Below are positions 9,749 to 18,160 of a stretch of DNA of 64,000 bases, one piece after another (within the stretch, counting starts at the first letter, position 1; the number at the start of each line of letters is the position of its first letter). The stretch comes from Prevotellaceae bacterium (GTDB taxonomy: Bacteria > Bacteroidota > Bacteroidia > Bacteroidales > Bacteroidaceae). A program made the translations under genes and the position numbers. Location: assembly GCA_029226205.1 (NCBI GenBank), contig JAQXXT010000007.1:3921-67920 (forward strand). The letters are read 5' to 3'. Below the pieces are notes generated by a model. That model saw only the letters and a list, made by a program, of their open reading frames with translations, was not told the DNA's origin and made no database searches.

Positions 9749-10006
9749 ATGAAACGAAAAGAAGAAATTTTGGATACGGCTGATCAAAGCCCATGGAAAG
9801 ATCCAAGTGCAGGTAATATACCTACAGATACTGATTTAGTCTTAAAGTTGATTGATGTGAACGATAAAACAACTGTAAATGTAATAGCCACATATAATGG
9901 GGAAATCGGTAAGTTCATCGTTCGTGGGTATCATATTGATTTCGCTAAAGAGCCTTATGCCTACATGGTTATTCCATCACTGCCAAAGAAAGGAGGCAGA
10001 ATATGA
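9749..10006 (+). CDS. Phage-like hypothetical protein
   Basis: MKRKEEIL N-terminus shared with paralogs. Confidence 0.6.
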   Translation: MKRKEEILDTADQSPWKDPSAGNIPTDTDLVLKLIDVNDKTTVNVIATYNGEIGKFIVRGYHIDFAKEPYAYMVIPSLPKKGGRI

Positions 10007-10383
10007 CAAGAAAAGAAGAAATATTCAATGCCGCTTGTAATCATATCAAGATAGACCTAGACGATGAAGAATTAAACGCAGACAGTTTCGTCATGGGTGC
10101 GGAATGGGCTGACTCTCACCCTCGGAATCCTTGGATCAGTGTAGACGATCTGCTTCCCGATTACAAAGAAGATGTTATTGTCGCATACGATAATTCCCGT
10201 TTTAGTCCGGGTCCAAACCAAAAGCTGCATATTGCCGTAGCTTGCCGTCTTAATCTCAATCACAAACCGGGTTTGAAAAGGAATCTTTCAAACTGTGACT
10301 TCTGGGTGAGTGGAAATTCGAAAGCGGTTGTCAAATACTGGATGCCCCTTTCGCAACTACCAAAGGAAGGAGGTGAAAGATGA
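10003..10383 (+). CDS. DUF551-like phage protein
   Basis: WISVDDLLP ... VKYWMPL. Confidence 0.75.
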   Translation: MTRKEEIFNAACNHIKIDLDDEELNADSFVMGAEWADSHPRNPWISVDDLLPDYKEDVIVAYDNSRFSPGPNQKLHIAVACRLNLNHKPGLKRNLSNCDFWVSGNSKAVVKYWMPLSQLPKEGGER

Positions 10384-10646
10384 CAGCAGGAATAAAGTCT
10401 TTCTTGAAAAAGACACTGGACGGGTGGAGAATCATGTTCGGCACCAATGCTATGAAGCATGAGCGTTTCTTTAATGAAGGAAGGAGATTAGACCGGACGG
10501 TAATTCTGTCCTGTGTTGACAATCTTTACAAGAAACATCATAAGCTGTACGAGGAGTCTTGTAGTTCATACGAGGAGGGATTCTGTGATGCCCTTGGTAC
10601 CGTAGAGAAAATTATAGAGAAAATGGAGGCTGAAAATGAAGATTGA
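10380..10646 (+). CDS. Hypothetical protein
   Basis: Overlapping stop/start codons with neighbours. Confidence 0.6.
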   Translation: MTAGIKSFLKKTLDGWRIMFGTNAMKHERFFNEGRRLDRTVILSCVDNLYKKHHKLYEESCSSYEEGFCDALGTVEKIIEKMEAENED

Positions 10647-10824
10647 CATAACCCTTACTGATAATCAAGGCAGAAAATATCAGTCTGCCTTGGATGATAT
10701 GGATCACGACTGTACAAACTGTGCCTTTTTCAGAAGCAGGCGTTGCAACCATGAGCTCTGCTCCGCCGCCAATCGTTATGTGTCAGACAGTAAAATTGTT
10801 ATTTTCAAGGAAATTAAATTATGA
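10636..10824 (+). CDS. Small Cys-rich protein
   Basis: CTNC...C....C, ending IFKEI. Confidence 0.6.
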   Translation: MKIDITLTDNQGRKYQSALDDMDHDCTNCAFFRSRRCNHELCSAANRYVSDSKIVIFKEIKL

Positions 10825-11129
10825 GCAATATCACTCTTCTTCACAAGTGGAACCTTCATGAGTTGGACTGCATAGTATGCGGCATCGATTTCAACGAGTT
10901 GTGCGGACGCTCTTTGAAAGATAAAAGTATAGACATTAATAAGGTTATCGACAAAGCTATCCGTGACAAGTTTGGGTGCAGCTATGAAGCGTTTGAAAAG
11001 ATTGCCTATACGCTTCTTGGATATACGCCGGTGATAGATGATTACGAGGGGCACAAGTACCATTTATTCGCCAAACAGGACCATAATGGAGTTAACCGTG
11101 TCATTATCCGCAAGGAGGTGGAGACATAG
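10821..11129 (+). CDS. Hypothetical protein
   Basis: Operon-packed ORF. Confidence 0.6.
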   Translation: MSNITLLHKWNLHELDCIVCGIDFNELCGRSLKDKSIDINKVIDKAIRDKFGCSYEAFEKIAYTLLGYTPVIDDYEGHKYHLFAKQDHNGVNRVIIRKEVET

Positions 11130-11134
11130 TATAC

Positions 11135-11265
11135 ATACAACATTCATCTGTATTAACCAGATTTACAAAAATATTTAAATGTATTAACATATTATATTTG
11201 CGCATTACAGATAAATGTTGTACCTTTGCATTGTCAGTAAGAAGGTAACGGTATGACCAACCGTC
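11135..11265 (+). promoter_or_regulatory. Self-complementary promoter plus AAGGTAAC-hairpin leader (same family as the 47.5-53.7 kb copies)
   Basis: tacaacattcatctgtatt / attacagataaatgttgta inverted repeat; TTTG..TACCTTTG; aaggtaacggt-atgacca-accgt. Confidence 0.75.
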
Positions 11266-11284
11266 AGTCAACAACGCCAAGAAT

Positions 11285-11545
11285 ATGGACGACAGGAAAG
11301 AAATCAATATAGCCTACGAACTCCGTGAGGTTCATATCAGCTCCTTAGTGCAAGGGGTACGGATGGAGCTGCTTGATCTTATCGACTATGCCAATAAACA
11401 TAATGGCATGGTTGAATTAAGTCACCTCTACGAGGAACTGAACGGACTCAGGAAGTTGTCGAACTATTATACCGCCAAGACGCTTGACGCCCTTGGCGAG
11501 AACTTCGAGGATAATGTAAATTTATGGAAAAATAAGAACAGGTAA
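11285..11545 (+). CDS. Hypothetical protein
   Basis: First ORF after the promoter. Confidence 0.65.
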   Translation: MDDRKEINIAYELREVHISSLVQGVRMELLDLIDYANKHNGMVELSHLYEELNGLRKLSNYYTAKTLDALGENFEDNVNLWKNKNR

Positions 11546-11547
11546 TT

Positions 11548-11832
11548 ATGAATCAGAAAGAAGTAAAAGAAGAAAATGTGAGACGAGTAACCCTCAATGC
11601 CGAGGAATGCCTGAAAGTAAAGGAAATTATAGATACTCTGAACGAGTATCTTGTTTCGCAGGATGCAACGGTCATAAAAGCGGGAGTAATCCTTTCTTCT
11701 ATTATTGCGATGGAAGCAGAAATGCTGCACTCCACTTACGGACTGGATAAGCAGCATTTCGTAAATTTTGTGGCCGACGGAGCACGTCACTCCAGCGTAT
11801 CCATTATCAGAACAAAAATGAAGGAGAATTAA
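11548..11832 (+). CDS. Hypothetical protein
   Basis: Operon-packed ORF. Confidence 0.6.
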   Translation: MNQKEVKEENVRRVTLNAEECLKVKEIIDTLNEYLVSQDATVIKAGVILSSIIAMEAEMLHSTYGLDKQHFVNFVADGARHSSVSIIRTKMKEN

Positions 11833-11834
11833 TT

Positions 11835-12296
11835 ATGAAAAAAATCATTGAGAAATTCCCAAGTGACAAGATCTTTGCTTGGGATGGAAGTGGTAACAGT
11901 ATCGGTGTGAAAGCGCCTGAATATATCATTCGCTATGAAAGTGATCATTCAAAAAATACATGGGACTATGCAGATGACTACAAGGAGGCGTTGAACATGG
12001 AGCCATATAAATCAGGGGCAGATAATACAATTCATATCCTGAATCTTCCGCTATCAGATTTCAATCTGGTACGTGCCCTCCGATTTGGCTGTAAAGACGG
12101 AGAAGTTTCAGCCACGGAGGCTATTGGTAATATTCTTGCTGTCTTGAATAAACGAAGTGGGGTCCTTTCAGACCAAGGATTAAAAATCTTTGCCCAAGCC
12201 GCATCCCTCTGCAATAACGATGAGGGTTACAACGACTTTGTAACTCTCATGTACAAACAGATGGAAGCCATGGAATCAACCGTGCAATGGATATAG
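11835..12296 (+). CDS. Hypothetical protein
   Basis: Operon-packed ORF. Confidence 0.65.
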   Translation: MKKIIEKFPSDKIFAWDGSGNSIGVKAPEYIIRYESDHSKNTWDYADDYKEALNMEPYKSGADNTIHILNLPLSDFNLVRALRFGCKDGEVSATEAIGNILAVLNKRSGVLSDQGLKIFAQAASLCNNDEGYNDFVTLMYKQMEAMESTVQWI

Positions 12297-12463
12297 TCAA
12301 ATGCTTTAACTGTAAGTGGTTTACCGGCTCACGTAAACAGTGTACGTGGGCGAAACACCACTGGGAGGGACGGAAGAACAGGGACGGAGGGCCGGTAAAG
12401 ACTCCGCACGCCGTTCCCATATACAGAATCAAAAATTGCAGTCATTATGAAAAAGATCAATGA
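12287..12463 (+). CDS. 58-aa 4-Cys protein
   Basis: MDIVKCFNCKWF...C...NCSHYEKDQ; fills the gap between neighbours. Confidence 0.5.
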   Translation: MDIVKCFNCKWFTGSRKQCTWAKHHWEGRKNRDGGPVKTPHAVPIYRIKNCSHYEKDQ

Positions 12464-13349
12464 AAAAGATGAATATCCTATTCGTAACCAAGATGAAGAC
12501 AAAACAGAGAGTTGTTGGGCCATGTACGGATATGCCATAAAGGACAATCATAAAGGCGTCCGGAAATACACGGACGAAACTTTTTCAAAGACAGAAGTAT
12601 ATTTCTGTAAGGACGACGTGTACCCGGATATAATAAAGGCAGGGAAGGTATTAAAACAGTTGTATGAACGTTCGATTCAAAAACGTAAAGAAGAAAAACT
12701 TGCCGAAGAACAGGCTATCCGTCGGGAAAAGGAAAATAAAATCCTCCAAAACAAAGATGAATGGAAGAAGTTTTTGCAGCAGAGCAAGAGAATTGTCGTC
12801 TTCGATACAGAAACTACCGGAGTTAATGTAAAAAATGATTATATTCTCTCCCTCTCATGGCAAGTTCTTGACAGTAATCTGGAAACAATCGACAGGCAAA
12901 CGAGATTCTTCAATAACCCGATCCCGGAAAACCTTTGCGCCCGGGCTCTCCGGATCAACGGACTGACAAATGACGCTTTGATGAAGCTGGGCATATCAGA
13001 AAAAAAACAAAGTCTGGAAGAGTTCATTGCAATAGATCCTGATTTGTTTATCGGCCATAACGTCCACTTTGACCAAAAGTTTGTCAAAAAGGAATGTCAG
13101 AGGGAAAATGTTGATTTCATATTCGACAAGTCCACAAAATGGTTTGACACGATGACGTCTATGATAGGGTTTTGTAATCTGCAATATTCATTTGGCTTCA
13201 AAAATCCAAAATTGTCTGAACTGGCAGATGCCCTTGACGTTGATACGTCAGATATAGACTGGCACCGATCAGACAGCGACGTAGAGGCAACAGTGCGCTG
13301 CTTCCGTAAAATCGTAGAAAGAGGATTATCAACACCATTTCCATTTTGA
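12447..13349 (+). CDS. DEDDh 3'-5' exonuclease (DnaQ-like)
   Basis: VFDTETTG, IGHNVHFD, WFDTM, HRSDSDV. Confidence 0.9.
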   Translation: MKKINEKDEYPIRNQDEDKTESCWAMYGYAIKDNHKGVRKYTDETFSKTEVYFCKDDVYPDIIKAGKVLKQLYERSIQKRKEEKLAEEQAIRREKENKILQNKDEWKKFLQQSKRIVVFDTETTGVNVKNDYILSLSWQVLDSNLETIDRQTRFFNNPIPENLCARALRINGLTNDALMKLGISEKKQSLEEFIAIDPDLFIGHNVHFDQKFVKKECQRENVDFIFDKSTKWFDTMTSMIGFCNLQYSFGFKNPKLSELADALDVDTSDIDWHRSDSDVEATVRCFRKIVERGLSTPFPF

Positions 13350-13353
13350 AGAT

Positions 13354-13862
13354 ATGAGTCAAACTTTAAATGCAGAATTCCTAGAAAAAACAGGAAAGGA
13401 AGCCTGTAACACGGCCCGAAAACGTGGGCAATACGCAGGCAAGCACAACACAGTAATGGACATTGCCTCGGAATTTTTGGAACTGTACAAGGCTGAACTC
13501 AAGGACCGACACTGTAGCCTTCCATTAGGAGATCTCGTGCGAATAGGTAACATACACAACGATCATCTGTTTTTGTAAAGCTAGAGGATACCGTCGAAGG
13601 AGAATGGGCTGACGTGGTTATCACCATGCTGTCTTCATTGGCCGATAAAGAAATTTCATGGCCAAAGAATGTAAATCTAAATAGTTGCTCCTTCAAGGCT
13701 TCAACTAAGGATACTGTCAATAAATGTCTTGAAGCAGTCGTTAGGTCCCGGATCAGTCTGCTGACGGCAAAATGTATCATTTCCTCCGCTTTGGAACAGT
13801 GTCCGTCGTTGGAGGAACATATTAAACTTAAAATGAGGTATAACAAAGTAAGAAACGATTGA
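13354..13862 (+). pseudogene. Split MazG-like nucleotide pyrophosphohydrolase
   Basis: SEFLELYKAE in the first frame and EDTVEGEWADVVI in the second; break near 13575. Confidence 0.55.
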
Positions 13863-13863
13863 T

Positions 13864-14226
13864 ATGACACGAGAAGAAGAAATCAAGGAAGCTGTTAGCA
13901 TTGACAATAATCTTAATACTAACGAGGCGGTGCGAGGGTTTGCGTATGGTGTCTTTTGGGCTGACGCACATCCTGCGAGCTTGTGGATCAGCGTTAAGGA
14001 TTCTCTTCCTCCTTTCGGCGTGGACGTGCTCTGTTGGCTCTGCAAGGATAATGACGGCGAACAGAGATATGCCATCATGCGAAGGGTAACGGAAAAGGTC
14101 ACGATGCTTATTGATGATAACGGATTCAGATTGCGTGCCATAGAGACTTCTCAGGGAAAATTCGAGGATGTGGGCCCGAAATACTGGATGCCCCTTCCTG
14201 CTCCACCAACTGAAAAGAATATTTAA
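13864..14226 (+). CDS. DUF551-like phage protein
   Basis: WISVKDSLP ... KYWMPLPAPP. Confidence 0.8.
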   Translation: MTREEEIKEAVSIDNNLNTNEAVRGFAYGVFWADAHPASLWISVKDSLPPFGVDVLCWLCKDNDGEQRYAIMRRVTEKVTMLIDDNGFRLRAIETSQGKFEDVGPKYWMPLPAPPTEKNI

Positions 14227-14228
14227 CT

Positions 14229-14522
14229 ATGGAAATCAAGGATTTGGATAATGAGCATGTGAGGATCATCCTTTGCAAGACAGACAGGGAGAATGTGATT
14301 AAGATCGTCAGACTCATAGCGAAAATCGCCGACGCACACGCTCCCTCCGCAGCCCGTTTTGCGGGGTACATAGCAGGTATCCTCTCCTTATACGGAGACG
14401 TTTTGGGAGATGCGTCCGAACGAAGTAAGGAGGAGATTATCGACGAGGTAGCCACGATGGCCAAGAACAGGCAAATCTTTAAAAAGAAAGAGGAGGATTC
14501 TGATTATGAAGAAGAAAAGTAG
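14229..14522 (+). CDS. Hypothetical protein
   Basis: Operon-packed ORF. Confidence 0.6.
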   Translation: MEIKDLDNEHVRIILCKTDRENVIKIVRLIAKIADAHAPSAARFAGYIAGILSLYGDVLGDASERSKEEIIDEVATMAKNRQIFKKKEEDSDYEEEK

Positions 14523-14835
14523 AGAAGAACTGATTGAAGCCGCCGCAATGGAATGTGAGTGGCCGACTATATTCAAGGCAGGAGTGGAATGGGCTGACGC
14601 CCATCCCGTGCCATTGGTTGTGACGGACGAGATGTGTGAAAAGCGCCCTGTTAATGCTTGCGCCTTGTCCACGTTCACGGATGTAATGGTGTTCTTGAAG
14701 AAAAAATTCAGAATGTCGGATGATGACCTGCGTTTTGCCTTTGAGGCGGCCTTACAACAGTGCGTCCCTAACGCATTAAAGGAACTACAGGAATACATGC
14801 TCATGGAGCAATCCAAAAATCAACAGAAATCTTAA
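14506..14835 (+). CDS. Phage-like hypothetical protein
   Basis: FKAGVEWADAHP module shared with 10003 and 13864. Confidence 0.65.
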   Translation: MKKKSREELIEAAAMECEWPTIFKAGVEWADAHPVPLVVTDEMCEKRPVNACALSTFTDVMVFLKKKFRMSDDDLRFAFEAALQQCVPNALKELQEYMLMEQSKNQQKS

Positions 14836-14839
14836 CGTT

Positions 14840-15088
14840 ATGATAGAAGCAGGTATGATAGCATCAGGACTAAAAGTAAAGACAATTATTGAATATAAAG
14901 GCAAGAAATACTATCCGGAACTGACGACCGTCAGGCCATGGAAGACCGATGTATGACGTGTGTGTGACCTTCGGAATATCTGCACTGTTGAACTAATGAA
15001 TTTGTGTCAGGCTTTGGATGTTATTGACAATAAGACGGATGATCATCACGATATCATCTTTAAGGAACTTAAAAAGCAACAACTATGA
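14840..15088 (+). pseudogene. Cys-rich small gene with in-frame TGA at 14954-14956
   Basis: ...KTDV*RVCDLRNIC...LC...IIFKEL; Cys pattern like 10636-10824. Confidence 0.55.
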
Positions 15089-15456
15089 AGGATCAAAACT
15101 CGGACACGCTTCACCTCGTGTTGAAGCACCAATGGTACGACATGATCGATAGCGGCGAGAAGAAGGAGGAGTATCGGGACTATAAATGGCTTAATCGGAT
15201 CATCAATCAAGAGAGTCCCGATGGCTTCCTCGGAGTAGACGACAATGACAATCTCGTTGTTTTCGGTGAGCTTATGCCGAGACATAAGTTCGTGACCTTT
15301 CATCGTGGATATACCAGTACGACTATGAGCTTTGAGATCGTCGGCGTAGATTATGGCAAGGGCCGCCCCGAATGGGGAGCCCCGGAAGATAAGGATGTCA
15401 TTATCATTATACTGGGTAAAAGGATGAAACGGGATGTCAACCAAAAGAAGAAGTAA
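15085..15456 (+). CDS. ASCH-domain protein
   Basis: LHLVLKHQWYDMIDSGEKKEEYR (GxKxxExR) and GRPEWGAP. Confidence 0.85.
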   Translation: MKDQNSDTLHLVLKHQWYDMIDSGEKKEEYRDYKWLNRIINQESPDGFLGVDDNDNLVVFGELMPRHKFVTFHRGYTSTTMSFEIVGVDYGKGRPEWGAPEDKDVIIIILGKRMKRDVNQKKK

Positions 15457-15457
15457 C

Positions 15458-16051
15458 ATGGAAACTATTGGGAAGAAGAATTTGCCAAAGGAGTGGTTTT
15501 CCGAATATCATATCCAACAGGTGTTAGGGCGGGACTATATGTCTCACCCTAAATACGTTCTATATAATCTGGAGATATTCGGTTGGGAGTCGGATTTCCT
15601 TGCCTGTACCCAGTCCGGTTACTGGTATGAGGTGGAGATCAAGATCAGTATGGCGGACTTTAGGAATGACTTCAAAAACAAGGTTAAGAAACATGTGACG
15701 CTTGAGAAGGCATCATCTGTTGTTGATACGCTCCGTCCCAACTATTTCTCATATTGCGTGCCTGAAAGCATGGTGAAAGAAGTAATGCGGACTCTCCCCT
15801 ACTATGCGGGCTTATATTGTGTAACCCGCACGGGCCGCCTTAAATGTACCGTCACGCCGCCAAAACTTCATAACGGCAAATACAGTTCGGATAATCTCAA
15901 CCTCCTTCAGAAATTCTATTTTGCCTATCATAGATGGTATTCAAAGAGTTCAGGATGGAGGGATGAGGAGATAAGCCTGCGGGCCCGGATCCAGTGGCTT
16001 AAGGCTGAGTTCAAGGCCGTGAGTGGATATAATATCAAGGAGGTTTTATGA
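15458..16051 (+). CDS. PD-(D/E)xK nuclease-fold protein (MmcB-like)
   Basis: ESDFL....G..YEVEIKISMADFRND ... PNYFSYCVP. Confidence 0.7.
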   Translation: METIGKKNLPKEWFSEYHIQQVLGRDYMSHPKYVLYNLEIFGWESDFLACTQSGYWYEVEIKISMADFRNDFKNKVKKHVTLEKASSVVDTLRPNYFSYCVPESMVKEVMRTLPYYAGLYCVTRTGRLKCTVTPPKLHNGKYSSDNLNLLQKFYFAYHRWYSKSSGWRDEEISLRARIQWLKAEFKAVSGYNIKEVL

Positions 16052-16587
16052 TGAAGTATTTAGAAGGGGATATCCTGTTCAGCAAATGTCAGACTATCGT
16101 CAACCCCGTGAACTGTGTCGGGGTGATGGGAAAGGGACTGGCCCTGCGTTTCAAGAGAAAATATCCCCGGATGTTCGAACGGTATAAATGGTATTGTGAC
16201 AACCACCAGTTGGCGCCGGGAAAGCTGTGGCTCTACCCTACCCGTGACAAGGGCTTTGTGATGTGCTTTCCGACAAAGACGGACTGGAAACTGCCCTCTA
16301 AAATAGAATATATCGAGGAAGGGTTACAGAAGTTCGTATCGACATACAAGGACAAGAAGATTACCTCTGTTGCCTTTCCCCTCCTTGGCGCAGGTCTGGG
16401 AGGCATCGATGAAAACGTTTCCATGGAACTGCTCAAGAAGTATCTCTCCCCTATAGATATTCCCGTGGAAATCTATACGAGATACGTGCCGCAGTCAGAG
16501 AAGATTATCCGCTGTATGGAGGAATTCTGTGGGGAGTTGGAGGAGAAGGATAAGGAAAGGATCAGAAAGGAGATATGCTATGAATAA
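16048..16587 (+). CDS. Macrodomain ADP-ribosyl hydrolase (DarG/Poa1p-like)
   Basis: GDIL, IVNPVNCVGVMGKGLALRFK, FPTK..W, SVAFPLLGAGLGG. Confidence 0.9.
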   Translation: MMKYLEGDILFSKCQTIVNPVNCVGVMGKGLALRFKRKYPRMFERYKWYCDNHQLAPGKLWLYPTRDKGFVMCFPTKTDWKLPSKIEYIEEGLQKFVSTYKDKKITSVAFPLLGAGLGGIDENVSMELLKKYLSPIDIPVEIYTRYVPQSEKIIRCMEEFCGELEEKDKERIRKEICYE

Positions 16588-16589
16588 GA

Positions 16590-16620
16590 AAAGCCGCCCG
16601 CAAACTGATGCGGACGGCTA
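16590..16620. terminator. Hairpin between convergent genes
   Basis: agccgcccgca...tgcggacggct. Confidence 0.6.
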
Positions 16621-16647
16621 AATTATCAACCTATATATCAAAGCTGT

Positions 16648-17223
16648 TTAAAACGTTTTAAAGATATCATAACTACCCTGCTTATCCATAGGGATAGAGC
16701 TAATCATCAGAGTTCCACCATGGCCTCCTTCCAGAGTGTATTCCTTAGAGAAAACTTCCTTTCCGTTCTTCTTGACCTTTACGTTAATCGTCAACTTATC
16801 AGCGTTTTCAGTCTTCGGATAGATAGTGTTCTCGTACATCAAATACACTGCGTTAGGGCCTGTGGTTACAGTAATATGCTTTACCGTTTCTTTTGGCGCA
16901 TACATTTTTCCTGCAACGCCGGAATTATCCTCACTGTTAAGCACAGTCCATTCGCCTGTATAATTATCTGAGGTAAGAGAGCAATCCTCTGCCTTGGCAC
17001 CAACAACTTCAAATGCGCCTACCCCACCCTCATACTGGTTAAAGGAGTCTGAGAAGGATAACTCCATACTATAGGTTGCTTTGGTGCTGGAATTGGTATT
17101 GCCACCATTGTTTTCCGTACCGTCGGTGATATTTCCGGGATCATCATCACCGCCACAGGAGGTCATACATACGGCCATGACGGCAAGGAGCGCAAGGCCG
17201 AGAATCTTTGTAAACTTCTTCAT
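16648..17223 (-). CDS. Lipoprotein
   Basis: Signal peptide II, MTSC-GGDDD lipobox with acidic export signal. Confidence 0.8.
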   Translation of the reverse strand: MKKFTKILGLALLAVMAVCMTSCGGDDDPGNITDGTENNGGNTNSSTKATYSMELSFSDSFNQYEGGVGAFEVVGAKAEDCSLTSDNYTGEWTVLNSEDNSGVAGKMYAPKETVKHITVTTGPNAVYLMYENTIYPKTENADKLTINVKVKKNGKEVFSKEYTLEGGHGGTLMISSIPMDKQGSYDIFKTF

Positions 17224-17314
17224 TTCTTTCTTCTTTGTTTGATTAATTAATACAGTAAACTGAGGGCAAAATTACGAAAAATATTTAGATAATCCGCCTC
17301 TTTGGTTATAAAAT

Positions 17315-17407
17315 TTATCGGTCGGGATGAAAATTATCACAGTCATGTCCCCAAGCCTGTAACGTTCCCTTGAAGATTAACAGGCAGCAAATAATCAGTA
17401 ATATCAT
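17315..17407 (-). CDS. 30-aa hydrophobic peptide
   Basis: MILLIICCLLIFKGTLQAWGHDCDNFHPDR downstream of the hairpin leader at 17441-17470. Confidence 0.35.
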   Translation of the reverse strand: MILLIICCLLIFKGTLQAWGHDCDNFHPDR

Positions 17408-17469
17408 ATTCTATCTATTTAAATTGTTATACTTATGTTTAGGGGGAGTGGTTAGCTCCCTCGTTACCT

Positions 17470-17703
17470 TTACTTCTTGTACTCGTCTTTTTCCTCGTCC
17501 CCGAAGACAATTCCCATGCAACCAAAGGAAATGACTCCCAATGCGATGGTTGTGACAATCAGCCAAGGACTGACAGTCCGGGTACATGGCATCTCGGCGA
17601 TTCTGAGAATTATCATTGTTGACAAGATCAGGACAACGGTGGCTATGGCCTTGATGTTGTCCGACGTGGACTCTTCCTGCTTCTGGTGAATATAAATCTT
17701 CAT
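17470..17703 (-). CDS. Small two-TM membrane protein
   Basis: Two hydrophobic helices; own promoter at ~17750-17790. Confidence 0.6.
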   Translation of the reverse strand: MKIYIHQKQEESTSDNIKAIATVVLILSTMIILRIAEMPCTRTVSPWLIVTTIALGVISFGCMGIVFGDEEKDEYKK

Positions 17704-17834
17704 ATCTTCAATGTTTAAATGTCGTCGTCAGAGTTATTTCTGATTTCTGCTACAAAGATACAAATAAGTATTGACATATACAAATTTTCGGCTATCATTT
17801 AACTATCTTTAAAGTATATACATACATGGTTTTA

Positions 17835-17910
17835 GAGCAAATTTAAGTGTTAAGAAAATTAGTATATATTCCAGACGGTGTTTTTCTCGTGGAAATTTCG
17901 TTACTTTGCA
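17835..17910 (+). promoter_or_regulatory. Conserved upstream box plus -7 element (copy 1 of 3)
   Basis: GCAAWTTWAAGTGTTAAGAAAATTASTATATATTCCA ends 32 nt before TTTGCA. Confidence 0.75.
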
Positions 17911-17946
17911 CAGATTATCAAAGACATAAGTAAAATTAAGAGCAAA

Positions 17947-18141
17947 ATGAAGAAAAGAACTTACACTCCACCCAAGATCCTCGAGGTCACCACGGAGCCC
18001 TTGATGCTTGGGATCAACAACTCGGGCGGCAAGACCAAACCCGAGCTCAGTGACTCGAAAGAGTACGAACCCACATTCGATGACATGCCGTCTAACGATG
18101 CTTCAAGTAATAACGGAGACGTATGGCAGGAAAATGAGTAA
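17947..18141 (+). CDS. 64-aa peptide with MKKRTYTPP (YxxP) N-terminus and acidic tail
   Basis: Paralog at 24274 with mainly synonymous differences in the N-terminal part. Confidence 0.75.
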   Translation: MKKRTYTPPKILEVTTEPLMLGINNSGGKTKPELSDSKEYEPTFDDMPSNDASSNNGDVWQENE

Positions 18142-18160
18142 CAACAAAAAACAATGTGAT

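Noticed and set aside
7994-16587. Prophage
   Set aside because: No terminase, capsid, tail or lysis genes; embedded in ICE backbone
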